A program made the position numbers and the translations under genes. Below, one piece after another: positions 37,024 to 50,480 of a stretch of DNA of 64,000 bases. The stretch covers positions 37,634,001 through 37,698,000 of the forward strand of contig CM060731.1 in assembly GCA_030704615.1 (NCBI GenBank), read 5' to 3'. The stretch's first letter is position 1; every line of letters starts with the position of its first letter. The notes beneath the pieces were generated by a model, which searched no databases, was not told where the DNA came from, and saw only the letters and a list, made by a program, of their open reading frames with translations. Origin of the DNA: Takakia lepidozioides. Its lineage: Eukaryota; Plantae; Bryophyta.

Positions 37024-38216
37024 TCATAGGGTGGCACCCACAGATTCTTTCATCTCCAAGAATTTGCACACCTGCTCCATAACCTCCCGGCCGCGTGCAC
37101 TATTCTGCTGGAACTTCTCCGCACACTTCTGCTCTACCCTCTCCGCCATGGATGCCAAAGCTGATAATGTCGCACATGTTATGTTGGTCTCCTGCCGGAA
37201 AACTGTCCATTCAGGGTTTTCGGGGTGAGCTTTATACCAGCACTTCTCCTCCACTTCCACAAAATCTTTCAAAGTCACATTACGTGTCACCAACTCCATT
37301 GAACGTTTGTCTGCACAAAAATTCACCCATCATTGTCAAAAATGGTTCTTACAGGTCTACCTTCCCACTCATCAAATCAGACACAAATTTTCCCAAGTGA
37401 TTTGTACTCAGCTGTGAAGGCTAGAACTAAACCTTGGTAACTATCTCATATAGCCTGCTCCAATGGGTGCGGAGCAGAGCTTGGGACCGCTTGAAGCCCC
37501 GTTTCGTAACACACGCCCATAGTGTGGTGTCTCGGAAAGCTATCAGCACACAACTGATGGATGCCATCCTGCTAACTAATGCCTTTCTCTCTTATTATTT
37601 TTGGCTCTGGTTTGTTCCCTCTCTCGTGTTTTCTTCCATTTTGTCCCATAAGCTCTATGAGCTTTCCGGGGACGTTATAAAGTACCATTTCATTTCTCTT
37701 TCACTGGATGAGAGCCAGTAGACGGCATCTGCCAACATGCCCAAAGCAGCAGCGTACATGACTCAGACATCTGAAACACAGATCGAACAAGTAATTTTTA
37801 ATCTCAAATCTAAGAAATTAGAGACCATCCTTCCAGCATCCAGTGGTATACATGAGTTCAACCACAAAGAAATTCAGCTCTTACGGAAGAAATCCCAATC
37901 TCAAATACAATTTCCTACAAAAACAAGAAGGCTAAGAATGTTTGCCTGCATCAATGGTGGATTTCTCAACGCAATGACACACCGTCTCTCCCATGAGGCG
38001 ATTGAGCCACCATGGTCCAGGGGTGTTAACAGTTATGAGGCGCGTGCTGTGCAGCTGTCCCTGGGAGCTGTCAAGTGTCCTGGCTATGGTATCCACCTCC
38101 ACCACATGCGAGAGCCGTGTTCTGTGCTCACTATCTGTGTACTTGCGCCAGTTGGCCGACGTAACTCGCTCGAATGGATGTTTGTATGTGTGCTCTTGCA
38201 CAAACCCTCTCACCAT
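37024..38216 (-). CDS. PRELI/MSF1 (Ups/Slowmo-like) mitochondrial lipid-transfer protein, 2 exons 38216-37946 and 37310-37024, ~185 aa
   Basis: EHTYKHPFERVTSANWRKY...HVVEVD...RLIT, then RSMELVTRNV...VEEKCWYKAHPENPEWTVFRQE...F.QNSARGRE. Joined by a phase-1 GC-AG intron. Confidence 0.9.
37590..37700 (+). mobile_element. Short 3'UTR-only copy of LINE family A, inside the PRELI intron
   Basis: ttttcttccattttgtcccataagctctatgagctttccggggacgttataaagtaccatttcattt matches ~8050-8123. Confidence 0.8.
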
Positions 38217-39815
38217 CTCTCACCAAGGAACCTGCGCCCCAAACTTAAAACAAGACAGAAAGGGGAGACAATCGATTCCTTGCTCGATCTTCACCCTGCT
38301 TATATTGATGAGTGCCTAATGACGTCCGAAGACGTACCAGACCCAGCTTCGAAGCCAGTTCTTCTGAGATCAGTGCCCGCACCACCAATCTGCCAAGAAC
38401 AACATGCCTCGCTCGTATCACAGACTAACACATGGTGTGACAAATCCGCCAGCTGCACCCAAATGGGCAGCAAGCCCGTAAACACCAACTTCGCGAAGGG
38501 TGGAGGCAAAAAGGGATTTACCGCCCAAGCCGGCGGTGACCCGGGTATCTCGCTCATATTAGGTCTTGGCTGAGAGTTGTCGATTGTACTTCGGAGATTG
38601 GTATGTGTATCAAAGGAAGAGAGGCGGTGACAGAAGGTGCTCGGCAATCGCTGCGACAGGGATCTGGAATGTCGGGGTCCAGGTGAGTTCTGAAATTTGA
38701 AGCGCATTTGACTTTGCTGCTGAAGCGATTTCTCTTCACTGTTAGCGTGGTTTGAATGTTTGAGCATCTGGGTCTCGCCTATGTGGCCAGGCTTCTGCTG
38801 TGTCGTGGAAAAGGTGTGGGTGTGCCCCTTACAGCCGGTGATGTTAGCATGTCATCCTTAATCCTACCAATAATAAGATCAGAAGGCTCTTCATGTGTTG
38901 GGTTAAAGAGTGGTTGAACTCTATTTGGTTAAGAGCAGAGCTAGCCACAATATAAGGTGAAGCACAATCTGCGTATGTTTTGAATGGCGACCTATATCTC
39001 CAGGCCGAGAATGCAACAGCTATTGTTAAGCTGATGATTCAGGGGTCCAACTTAAAGAGGTAGTAGGAGTGTATACTCAAAGGAGATGACTGCGATAGTT
39101 TTACAACCCTATTATATGTTCTAAGGAGCTGTCCTGAAGCGTGTCCTCATGAAGAGATTGTATTTGAAGAGCTGAGGAGGTACTGTTTCAGGAAATGAGA
39201 GCTTTGAGTCCTGTTAGATGGTAGGGTTGAATCAGGCACCTCATCATGACCACTTCTATCGAAAGACAACTAAGAGAGTCAATAAATGCCTTTTGACACA
39301 TGTGGCGATGTGCGGACAGGAGAAGTGAAAGAGGAGGTGCTGCAAGTTGTGGGAGGTTGAAGACTCAACGTAAGGGTTTTGGTTGGAGTCAACCTGGAGG
39401 TCAGGAGCCTGAGAGACTACATGAAGATGGAAAAGCCTGCGGCTAGATGCCTGCTGTCAAGCATCTGTGGATGCAATCAGCTGGGACCACGCAGCAAAGT
39501 TGAGAAACATTGTGGATGACAGAGAGTCAGAGAGGAGCCAATGCAGCTGCATTGTGGACAACCTGGTGAATACATTTTTTCGTATAAGACAAAGTGCATC
39601 CACAAAGTTGCGAGCTCAAGAGATCGTCTGTCCAAATGAAGAGGCTCATCTGCACCGCCTATCCACATCATCAAGGACCGTCAGGTGCGGTGACTGCCAT
39701 GCGGCCCCAAGTTCATTTCCAAGATAATCAGTGCAACAGGCTCTTGTAAGGAATTCCATTCACTTCAACCACTTCCAGGAGGGGTGCTCATTGGGATTAC
39801 TATTGGAACCAGCAA

Positions 39816-40355
39816 CATGAAATGAAATGAAATGAAATGGTGCTTTATAATGTCCGCGGAAAGCTCATAGAGCTTATGGGACAAAATGGAAGAACATGAG
39901 AGAGGAACAAATCCAGAAACCACAATTAATGTTCTAGCGATTGTCTAAGGGTGAAGGCCTCGTGCAGGTAGGCTGCCAAGCATTTTTTATCCTCATAGTG
40001 GAAGACATCAGTGAGAGTTTGGGTTCCACTGAATAAACAGTGGAATCTCCCACGGATCTCGTAGTATATAGGGCAGTAGAAGAAGAAGTGTTCTTCAGTT
40101 TCAATTTCCTTGCTGCGCCCTATGCAAGCTGGACATAGGCGGTCCTCCCGTTGCAGGTTTTCCCAACTGCCAGTCTCTATCCGTAGGTTGTGGGAACCCA
40201 CCCTGAACTGCCCCAATGCCCTCAGGAGGGAAGGAGATAAGGATGCTGAAAGGTAATTTGGTCTCAAGATTCTATCATCGCGGAGCACCAAGAATGTCTC
40301 TCGATAGAAGTGGAGCTTTGTCGTGAGATTGGGTAGCTTCCAAGTTCTCATGAAA
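39816..40355 (-). mobile_element. 5'-truncated LINE family A (C-terminal CCHC domain + 3'UTR + (CATTT)n tail)
   Basis: FRVGSHNLRIETG...DRLCPAC...ETEEHFFFYCPIYYEIR. Tail (ATGAA)n on plus. CATGAAA occurs at both ends (39816-39822, 40349-40355) as a possible TSD/microhomology. Confidence 0.88.
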
Positions 40356-41232
40356 GAAAAGAATGTCCACCATTCAAACAAGAGGGGAGAAAGCTGAGGA
40401 CAGTAGAGAGACATTGGAACAGTGGGCAAGGAGAATATCCTCAAGTACTGGCAGCTGCAAGTTTTGCACAAAAAAGAAGGGGAAGTCCCAGTCATTGTGG
40501 AAGACTTATTACCATGGAGGGTGATTCTCCGGGAATAACTAGGCACATCCAACATCTCAAAAAGTTTGACAGCCATTCCTTCCATGTATCTCAAGCTGGA
40601 GAGGCTTGATAGTACAAGAATTTGAATCCACCAGAGTTCCGATTGCAAGAGTTGCGCTCCCATTATTCTCTCTAGTAGTTTACCATCATTCAAGTTACAA
40701 CCTGGATTCTAGATTATAGGGCTTCTCCCGAACACTTGTCAGCTTTTTCTGCAACTGGGTATAAAACTTCAACCTGGACCGTATTCCCTTAGAAGCACCC
40801 TCCAACCGTACAAAGTAGCTGACTAGCATCATCATATATCGGCAATTGTAGGTTTCCGATTAGCCATCTGGACTCCTAAGGGTTGAGGGTGAATAGAGGA
40901 AGGACACTATTGTTTAGAGCCGAGCTCCTAATCCTGTTGCTTCCCATTCTACAGTGGATGCTCGAGACTTACTGCTGGTGGCGCCCCAGTCATTACCATG
41001 ATTATTAAGTTCCTGTTGCCTTCGAGTGTACATGAATTGGAATCATTACTGTAACTGTTCAGGAGGGGCCACTCATTACTCACCTCTTGACACACCTAGA
41101 TAATGTGCGCACTAACATAGTGGAAAAGAGTTTGAATGTGATCATTCAATCCAACTGAGATACCGATCTGGACAAATTTGGACTCAGCCGTGAAAATTGT
41201 GATCTTTGCCTGGCCAGATGACTGAGAGGCTG

Positions 41233-42931
41233 TCAGTAAGCATGGATATGCTTGTCAAATTTCTGCATCTCATGCGGCTGCAGGGCGGAGAACACGTTCA
41301 TGCTTCCATCATCTTTGCCATTACCAGTGAACAACACAAAATCAACGCGAGGATTGACTATGGGTCCTGCAAACATTGGCTTGCCCCACCCAAAATCGAC
41401 ATGATAGAAAGGAAATCGCCACCATGATGAGATGCAAAAGCTGGGAGATGGGAGATTGGCGCTCCCGCGATGAACTTCCCAATAGTCTACTGCAGACCTC
41501 ATATAGTCGTCTGCAAACATCTCCATGGCATCCTGGACTCTCGACACTGCTACGGAGAGAGGTTTCTCGTTGAGCTCGCGGGCGTGTGCTTTGGCAAGAG
41601 CCTTCATCACAACATTCCCGCAAAAGCCCTGTGGGGGAGGGGGTTTCAGTCTCTTCCGACAATCCCCCATAAACCCCATCGTGCAAAGTTGTTCTGGATG
41701 ATAGTCCATTGATCTTACTCGCGACTGCCACACATGAGCTGCAATAGCCTCGAAAGTCGTGCAGGTGCTTAGAATCCCATCTTCCAGGGCCCTATCTTTC
41801 AGTTTTCGAAGCATCTCTGCCGTGAATGAGAACACCTTGAAGGAGGTTGGAAGGGCTGCTCTAGCTGCAAAGTCCGCATGGACTGGGGTAGCGCCATTCA
41901 CAGAAGCGGTCAGTTCACTCTTTGGGACGTACTCCATGGAGTGGTCGTATTTGATCAAGGGAGGAACCCGTGCCTTCAGGATGCTTCTGTCTGGTTTGGG
42001 AATCACAACCAGCTCCTGGCCACGAGCAACAGAGCTGAGATTGACTAGAAATTCTAAGCATGCGTGAGCATCATGCAAAACGTGGTTGGTCATCAAGCCA
42101 ACTGTGAATCCTCCGCACTTGAATGTTGTGACCTGTACAAGAACAATGGTCCATTTTTCAAACGTCCTCGATCTGCGTACAACTGAGTATAGTTTAACAA
42201 TGCAATTGTTGTCAAGCAAAGTATACGTGACAATGCAGACACTGGAAGACGGAGGGTGTAAGGTACAGTGCCAGGCGCAAAATGTGGATAGTATGACTAG
42301 AGACCATACCTTACACTATACTACGGGGCAACCTTCATAATGTCAAGTTAGTAAGCTCACCTGCAGCATCAGGAGGGGCGCATCCAAAACGTCTTGTCCA
42401 TCAGAAAGCTGGGGAACCAAATTTCTAAACGATGGGTTTGGACGGGAGACGTCTCCAAGATCAGCTATAGACATGTTGGTGGTCGCTGCACAGAATCGCA
42501 CACCTGCCCTGTTACAGTCGAGTTCGAGCCTATCTTCCCTCTCGTTATACCTTAGTCGCCCCGCTTTAAAATGGTAAGGCACCAGCACCTGCCACAGAAA
42601 GTGGAAGTATGGTGCTACAGTTAGTGATCTCCAGTGCACAAAATTCAGTATCTGTCCAGAGGAAGTTCAAAGCTTTGAAATTAATTTCGACAAGACAATC
42701 AGATACCTTGCGCATAGCCTCCCGCAGCACTTCCACAGCCATCTCATTTCCTCTATTTGGGTTGGGCGGGTAGAAGAATACAGTCTCAACCACGTATACA
42801 CATTGCAGGTCAATGTTTGAGAGATAGAGCGTTTCCCTGGGGGTGGGTGTCGACGGATACAGAAGTTCAGGTTGCCCCACGCTCACCTTAACCTCCGTGA
42901 CTAGTGGTATGCGAGGTGACTCGGACCCCAT
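41233..42931 (-). CDS. BAHD acyltransferase paralogue, 3 exons: 42931-42707, 42588-42361, 42132-41233; ~450 aa
   Basis: HVLHDA (HXXXD), DFGWG, QVTTFKCGGF. Exons 1 and 2 are the same sizes (225, 228 nt) as in the 4942-6785 gene. Confidence 0.93.
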
Positions 42932-44526
42932 GGTGACACGAACACTGAAGAGACGAATGCTCTATTGTACGGTGGTCTAGAATCTAAGTGACCTGTCTAC
43001 AGAGTCTCTCAGATCATAGCGTAGGAGATGCCTGTATTGAGGTCGCTTTGAGTTTGCTTGGACCTGGAGCCGATGTATAACTAACAAGCTGGGCAGATTG
43101 CGTGAGATCTAACAATCACTCCCGCCTATAAGCCTGAACAAGGGTATAAGTGGAAGGGCTATCAGGGAGGAGAGAGGCGAGACTCAAAAACTCTAGCTTC
43201 TTCTATACGTCCCAATCCACCTTGGAATTCCTTTTAGAAGGGCCAGGTACGGAGACGAGAAAAGGAAGACGCACTGATAGACCGTAGTATAAATGTGATC
43301 GATGAGTACTTCAACATGCACTCCATGAAAGTTCCAAACTATCATGGTGGGGAATCATTCTCAAATCATACTTTGGGCAGATTCAACCATCCGTTCTGAG
43401 CCTGATCCAGGTGTAGTCAGGTTTGGTTATATGAATTAGTGTATGCTCTATCTGAACTAGACGATCGTGTCTTTCATTGTGGCTTCTGAACGGATCCAAG
43501 ACTCGTACCCCTAAAACGAGATCATGTCTCATTCAATGAACAACACAGTTCCGTGCAATTTTATCCTGTGCCAGTCGAGGATATCACATCATAGTTCACC
43601 TGACGGTTCTACCATGTTATTCATGAAATTTCATTCTGCGAGCTGGTGTGCTGTTCTATTTGCATGGACACATTCGAAGCGTTGAACTCGTTCTAGTTTA
43701 TCATGTCCGTGTCGCAGGAGCCCTGCCATCCTACCCCCAAAACACTGTAGACAGCACTCTTTAACGATGAAAACGTGAATTGCATGGGGAAGTTTAAGCA
43801 CGAGGCAAGGTTGGTGTTGTCGGCACTGGCCGCATGCACTGCAACCACTGCTGCATCGACTCTGATCAGAGATGGCACAAGTGGTTGATGCAATGGCAGA
43901 CGTGCTGGTGGTGGCTTGGAGGTTTTTCTGCCGTAGTGAGCTCATATCCAGATGAGCAACATCATTAAGCCATTGAAACTGAATGTTCCTGCAGAGATAA
44001 CTAAGGTAGAAAATAATGATATGGACATGCTCAACCCTATTGATTGGTTCACTTGGAGTTGATCAGTTTCTTGTTGCGCAATACTATCAAGGCTCTGTAA
44101 ACCTGCTGGAAACAAACTTTAACTTCCCTTGATTCGGAAGTGTTAATGTTGTTTTAATCCACTGAAAATAATATTGAATAGGTAGCAAACCGTGGGAGAC
44201 TTTGATTACACGCTGCAAATTCATGAGCAACAATCATCTCCACATGGCTTGCTACATTCCTCGTGAATTGTGGATTTGGAAGACATGCCGAAAACTTGAT
44301 AGCATCACACGGTTAAGTCCATGCCCAAGCATATCTGAAGCAATGCTCAGCACATCTTAAGATAGTGAGGAATGGTTAATCCTGAATGTTTTGGTGCCTG
44401 AGATCCTTTCGTACCATTCCTTGCTGCATTGGCTATTGTCATATTCGTTACTAAATCTTGTGCACAAATGTTTTCCCCCTAGCACAGGGACAATATGTCT
44501 GTAAGGACAGGGAAGGCCTGTCCCTG

Positions 44527-44769
44527 CATGGTACCACCACAGTTGCAATCTTTGACTCGTATGGTTGATGGTGATGCAATGGTACAGTGTCAAGTCCACA
44601 CCCTTCCACATAAGGCTCCAGACACAGTATCAAGGTTTGATGCCCATGGTAGCACCACAGTTCCAATCTTTGACTCTTATGTTTGATGGTGATGCAATGG
44701 TACGGTGTTAAGTCCAGACCCTTCCACACCAGGCTCCTGACGCAGAGTATCAAGGTTTGATGCCCATGA
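44527..44769. repeat. Tandem duplication of ~119 bp
   Basis: catggtac/gcaccacagtt...gtatcaaggtttgatgcc is repeated twice. Confidence 0.85.
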
Positions 44770-47700
44770 CATTCATAAGGGGATTTATTGCAGATACAAC
44801 CTGCCCCAAGGCTGTGGAGCTGGCTATCTTACCCCCCACCACCCCACCAAAGATCAAAGACGCATTAGGTCAAGAAAGCAAGTTTTCGGCATAAATAGAA
44901 ATATGTTATTAGAAACTCCCATGCATCCTGACCAACAATTACACTCGGCTCCATACACCAAATTCGTGCTCAGGCACATCACAAGCATTGTTACAGACCT
45001 TCTCTCTTCAGGATGTGCTTCACTCTTCCTGAATCACTAGAATCAAGTTCTCAATTCATGAGATGCATAATCCCTATGAATAATCATGGGTGCCACTCTG
45101 TGAAATTAGACACCTTCCAACATAAGGTTTAATTGTACCCACCTATATGATATCGGGTGTCATCTTGGCCCAAACCCATGTGGAGGGGAAATGAATCTCC
45201 CAAAGCATCCTGGCCAACAATCAAACAGCAAGCAGTCGAGGAGTCTGGTTATTGTAACATTGCAATATTCTTCACAAAGGCCAGACCCATAAGGTAGCAT
45301 GCATCCGGGACACCTCTGACACAGACTCTTTTGCCTCTTTTGTAAAGTTGGGTAAGAGGACACTAAACAGCCATTCTGGCAACCAAGCAACAGCCTTAGC
45401 AACATTCATCCCTTTCGGAACCTGGTTTTTGATAGTACAGAAGCTAGCAAACATCTGCTAGCTAAGAACAGTAAACTACTCCTCCCTCACATGGAACTCT
45501 AAGAAGTCAAAATTTCAAATTTAAACCTAGACTCCTCATTATTTCCAGTGACAGTGAGAGAGTGAGAGACGATTGGAAGAAGCTATGTCAATGCTACAAG
45601 AGTTTTTCTACAATCAACTGCCGACATAAGTAGCCACTCACTTATATTAGCAGCAACCTCAAAATTACAATCCATTCTACTGAATCTGAAAGATTGAACT
45701 CCCACACACTGATATAGATATGGGAAACAAAGAATTAACCAGCCTCCACACCCGCATCTTCAACATGCTCAATTACCTCCTCCCATGCATCACAGTCATA
45801 TTCTCCATAATGTACATGCAATGAGCACACAATCCGGATATTCCTGCTCGAGCTGCCATATTCAGCCACCATAGTCTCGAAGGGTGATCAATGATGACAC
45901 ATCACAAGCTTTCACGAATGCAGTGAAACCTGCTTATTTACCCGGACCATTTGAAAAACATGTTGACCAACTCAGTCTTCCATTGTGGTGGGCATGGACT
46001 CACTGGTTGCCTACAACACAAAGCAATGGGGAGTTTGGCAACCACGTGCTGCAAGTACCACAGTTTGTATGGCCCTTACAAGACAGGATCAACAAACATA
46101 GTGGAAGGGTTCGATAGAGATTGCAAGTCCCTTGCAGTGCTTGTTTTGCATTTGAAGCAGAACAGTCAAAGCGAGTGCATTCGCCTTTTGACAGTGCTCA
46201 GCCCTGCAGAGACAGGCATCTTGAAAGTGTGATTCCACACATCACCTGGGGGATGCATTGAGGTAGCTCTGATTGTTTCAGTGATCACAATTTTTCGAGT
46301 CCTCAATTTTGTCTAGAGAAGCAATTCAACCACATTATTCCAAAGCACTAGATATCAAACATGGACAGAATAGATTGAACACAGACGGATGCACAGACAA
46401 AGTCTGGGACTAAACAACACATACAGTTTGTGCAGTGACAGCACCTATCAAAAGCCCGTTTAATGAGGTCCCGTGTAATTGGTAGCTGGTGGTCCTCAAC
46501 CAATGACAAAACGGTTTGGTAGTTGCAAACCTGTTCACTCTCACGCTCAAGTCTGGCCCATCCGGTTGTACTGCGGCCCTCACTCTTACCCTGCGACTGT
46601 GCGCCACTGCATAGCTGCGGAAAAAGGGTTTGCAGTTTCGTGCATTTCTAGTCAGATTTGTGAAGCAAAAAACAGCAATACATCATATATGGAGAGCATG
46701 CATCAAAAGGTTATCCATATAATCCTGAACCCCTGCTTACTTCTGCATTTGCATACCTGGGGTGCACCGGGCACACTGCTACTTGTTGCACGGGGTTAAA
46801 ACGCCATTTGCCAAGCCCGCCATTGAAGGTCTCTGAAGGAACCCAGTAAGAGAAAGCTGATGTAAATCTTTGAACCAGCCGGAAGGCAGAACCATGATCA
46901 TAAGAGTGCGCTATACAAAGGGCTGCTCTAAAACATTTCACCACAGGTTGCCCATCTGTGTGCAATGACAATATGAGAATGAAGTCACTCGAGTCTCAAC
47001 GAAAACTCGAGGTGATGCTTGCAAGATAGGAAAGCCAACAACTTAGTTGAAGCCTGCTTACAAGAAGATTGTGACCGAGTAACACAATGAATGTTGGTAA
47101 ATCCGTTGGTAGAATCGCCTCAGGTTTCTGTGATTTTTTCCACATAAGGAAAAGTAGACTAGGGATGTCCAAGTTTTGGGTTGTCAACGACTTGCAAGCT
47201 ACTAGGCATGGGCACGTTGTGGCAACACTGAATCACTTTGCTGGCAGAGCAATGAGTCGATTCCGCTGATGATCACGGTCACGGCCATCATCCTAATGAT
47301 AAGCCATAACCTGAATCTACACACCTCACCTGCAGATTCGCAGACTCTGTAAGCTCATCACAACCACGTAGGTCAAACGTTTCCAGTAAATTGCGCATCA
47401 AGTCCGGGGTCTCCCACAAGTCAGATCATCGTCTGAATTCAGAGGCGTCAGATTAACCCATTGACCATGTAGCCCGGGCACTCGTTTGCACTAGTGAAAA
47501 GAGCTTATGTTGTGCCAGGGACCCTTGCATTTCAAATCTGCTTCCCAAAAACATGCAGATTTATATGTAAATGGCCCAGAGGTCAGCTACTCGGGTCGTC
47601 AAGCATCCCTGATTTGCTAAGCTCAGACCAGAAGCAAGCTGTGGGGGTTCTGTTTTGGCAGCTACCAGTTTTGTTTGGGCTGGGGTTGAGTCGATGTCAT

Positions 47701-47834
47701 GTGATCGACGTTTAGGCTAGAGTAGGTGTCAGTCTCGTCCTCTGCTGCTAAGCGTTTGCGCTCTGTAAGCCGGGGTGCCATCGATTGTGTGACGAGGGTT
47801 GGATTGGAGGGTTTGGAGTCCGGTGAGAGACGTA

Positions 47835-48548
47835 ATGTCCTCGCCATCGAACACGACCAAGTGGATGTCGTACCTGGCGGAGGGTTTATTGGAGGTGGAG
47901 GAAGTGCAGCCTTCTAATCCTTTCTTTTGGTGTTCCAGCCAGCAGCCCGTGGAGCAAGCTGATTGCAGTGTCGATAACGAGTGTTCGAAAGGGGAGTCAG
48001 ATGCTCCTGACAAAGTCTGTTCCAGGAAAAGGTCTCGAGAGGAGGGTTGTAAAGGAGCAGGCAGTAAGGCCTGCCGGGAGAAGATGCGACGTGACCGATT
48101 GAATGATAGGTTTCTGGAGCTGAGCTCAGCATTGGAACCTGGGAGGCCACCCAAAACAGACAAGGCTACTATATTGGCGGACGCAGTGCGCATCGTCAAC
48201 CAGCCTCGCTCTGAGGCTCAACAGCTCCAAGACTCCAACAATCAACTGCGGGACGCCATCAAGGATTTGAAGACGGAAAAGAATGAGCTACGAGATGAGA
48301 AGACGAGACTGAAAGCTGACAAGAAAAGGTTGGAGCAGCAAGTTAAGGCTATGACAAGTCCAGCAGGATACATGCCGCATCCAGCAGCCATTCATACTGC
48401 AGCTGCAGCCTTTGCTGCACAAACACAAGCAGCTTCAAACAATGCACCTCATGTGGCAGGGTATCCAGGCATGGCGATGTGGCAATGGATGCCACCTGCT
48501 GCGGTGGATACTTCACAAGACCATGTTCTCAGGCCTCCAGTTGCTTGA
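47835..48548 (+). CDS. ILR3: Subgroup IVc bHLH-ZIP transcription factor (ILR3/bHLH105-like), intronless; probable retrocopy
   Basis: GSKACREKMRRDRLNDRFLELSSALEPGRPPKTDKATILADAVR, leucine zipper LKTEKNELRDEKTRLK, and C-terminal MWQWMPPAAVDTSQDHVLRPPVA. Confidence 0.88.
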   Translation: MSSPSNTTKWMSYLAEGLLEVEEVQPSNPFFWCSSQQPVEQADCSVDNECSKGESDAPDKVCSRKRSREEGCKGAGSKACREKMRRDRLNDRFLELSSALEPGRPPKTDKATILADAVRIVNQPRSEAQQLQDSNNQLRDAIKDLKTEKNELRDEKTRLKADKKRLEQQVKAMTSPAGYMPHPAAIHTAAAAFAAQTQAASNNAPHVAGYPGMAMWQWMPPAAVDTSQDHVLRPPVA

Positions 48549-48996
48549 TTCAAAGCTTTTTGCGTTGATCCTATCTGCAGCTCTGTACATGTCATGACAG
48601 AAACAACAGTTGGTCTCTCTTTTTCAAACGAGAGGGAGGTTAGCCCAGCAAGTGGGTACTTAGTTGCATTGTTATTCTAGTAGGGACATTTTTCCACCTT
48701 GGGCGCTGTGGTGGAGCATTGGCGAGAGGTGGACACTGCTGCTGCAATATGGACTGTCTTTTTCCCTCCTCCAACAGACGTCTTTGTATTTTGCGATTCA
48801 TGTTCGACAACACCAAGAAACTTGGAGGGACCTTACCTCCCTTTTTTTCCTTGGGGGGGAATTTAGCTCTCGGTCATCAGTGCCAGTCATAGTTGGGCAT
48901 AGGTGTGAGTGAGTATCCTCACCCACCAGATGTAAGTTGAGTGCCCACACCGAATTATTGGACAAACTGCACATTTTGGGTAGTGATGTGGTCTTG

Positions 48997-50480
48997 TGTA
49001 GGGGGAGAATTCCTCCCGGGGCTTTAGTGTTGGTTTGATCCTCATGTCTCTGGCAAGGTGGAACTAGGGTCTAGAGAACATCTTGCAGCAAAACTTGCAA
49101 GAACACTTATGTGATTCCGAGATGTAAGCAAAGGTTTCACTTTGTATTTTGCAAAAAGAAAAAGAATGAACCCATGACCCTCTTCATGATCTAAACATTT
49201 CGTGGTCAATCGTCTCCTCAGGGGTCCACATTCATTCCTCGAAGTTGCACTGTATTGTAACTAAGAGCAAGGCCACTCCAAGGCTTTCACCTCTTGCTAG
49301 TTCAAGAGCTCCCCTTCTCAAACTTGAACTTACAAACTCAAGAGAGCATGCTCCACACATGCACAACTTGCTTGGTCAACTATCCACCACAAAGTTCACA
49401 CTACCAAGAGCATGAATAGCCAAGTATTGCCTCCCCTTCTTGTCACATTACATAATTAGAGTGAAGCTATGCATACATTGAGTGATGATCTCCCTTCAAG
49501 GATTTCCCACCATATATTCTCCAAGCCCTTCCAATGGCGCCCTAAGCTTGGCTCCACACCACCATGATTGGAAGATTTCTTCACATGCTCCTTTTCAAAA
49601 CCTCTTGAGCTTCTTAGTGCTCTCCAAGTACTTGCCCTTGTTGTCTTCAAGCCAAAGCCTATGTAGTTCCTTGGCTTCTTTTTCACAACATCCACACTTT
49701 GAACTTGCTTAACCTTAGCTTGATAGTGAAATGAGCACTAACAAGTCTTTAGTCACTCTCCACAAACCATGGCGCACACCATTGACTCCATAATGCATAC
49801 AAAGGATTCTCAAACCCTAGAATCCATGCTTCCACATACACAAGACTCTTGCAATCCTTGCAAAATCTTGTGACTCAAGAGCTTTCTTCTCAAGCTCTCC
49901 AACTCCTTGGTGTATGCAACACTCGAGCACATTTCCTTGCAACCCCTTGCAAGCCTTGTGATACAAGAGCTAAGTTCTCCTAGCTCTCAACCTTTAACAT
50001 ACAAATGCAAAACTAATCCTTATACTCCGCACTAACAAGCATAAGGTGATCTTCTTGTAGTGATAAGAGATGAGAAATGAGAGAAGTGGAAGACAATGAA
50101 AACTCTCAAAGCATGAAGCAATCACACTAAGAACAAGCCCTAGTCCTTCCAAGTGAAATCCACTCTATCACATAAACTAAGTCAAGCCAAGGGCACCCTT
50201 ACTAAGGGAATCCACCCTACAAAGCCCTCAACACACTCCCTCTCAATACTAGAGCTATGGAGGTGAGAGAAGCTCATGGAGGCTCAACTACAAGAAGATG
50301 AGCCTCCTCTATCCTCACAAGGGGAAAACCTATCCCCATGTCCCAAGTGAGGCTCGACACCTCACTTGGCATGTGAGACCCAATGAAGTTCCAACACACA
50401 AAATATAAATATAAATATCTAAAATGTCCTAGTTAACTAGAAGTAGGTAATTCTAGATAACCGTGACTAAAACCATGACA
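48997..50480 (-). mobile_element. Probable solo LTR (~1.48 kb)
   Basis: TG...CA ends (TGTAGGGGGAG... / ...CCATGACA), non-coding, strand-skewed LTR-like composition. No clean TSD found. Confidence 0.5.

Noticed and set aside
37737-38767. 278-aa plus-strand ORF and 155-aa minus-strand ORF
   Set aside because: The first is largely an antisense shadow of PRELI exon 1 and the second lies upstream of the PRELI start. Neither has a recognisable domain.
40356-40693. N-terminal half of the 255-aa ORF as LINE protein
   Set aside because: It lies beyond the CATGAAA junction and is fortuitous read-in from flanking DNA.
43600-47500. Short ORFs suggesting a decayed gene or TE
   Set aside because: No motif I can identify in any frame examined.
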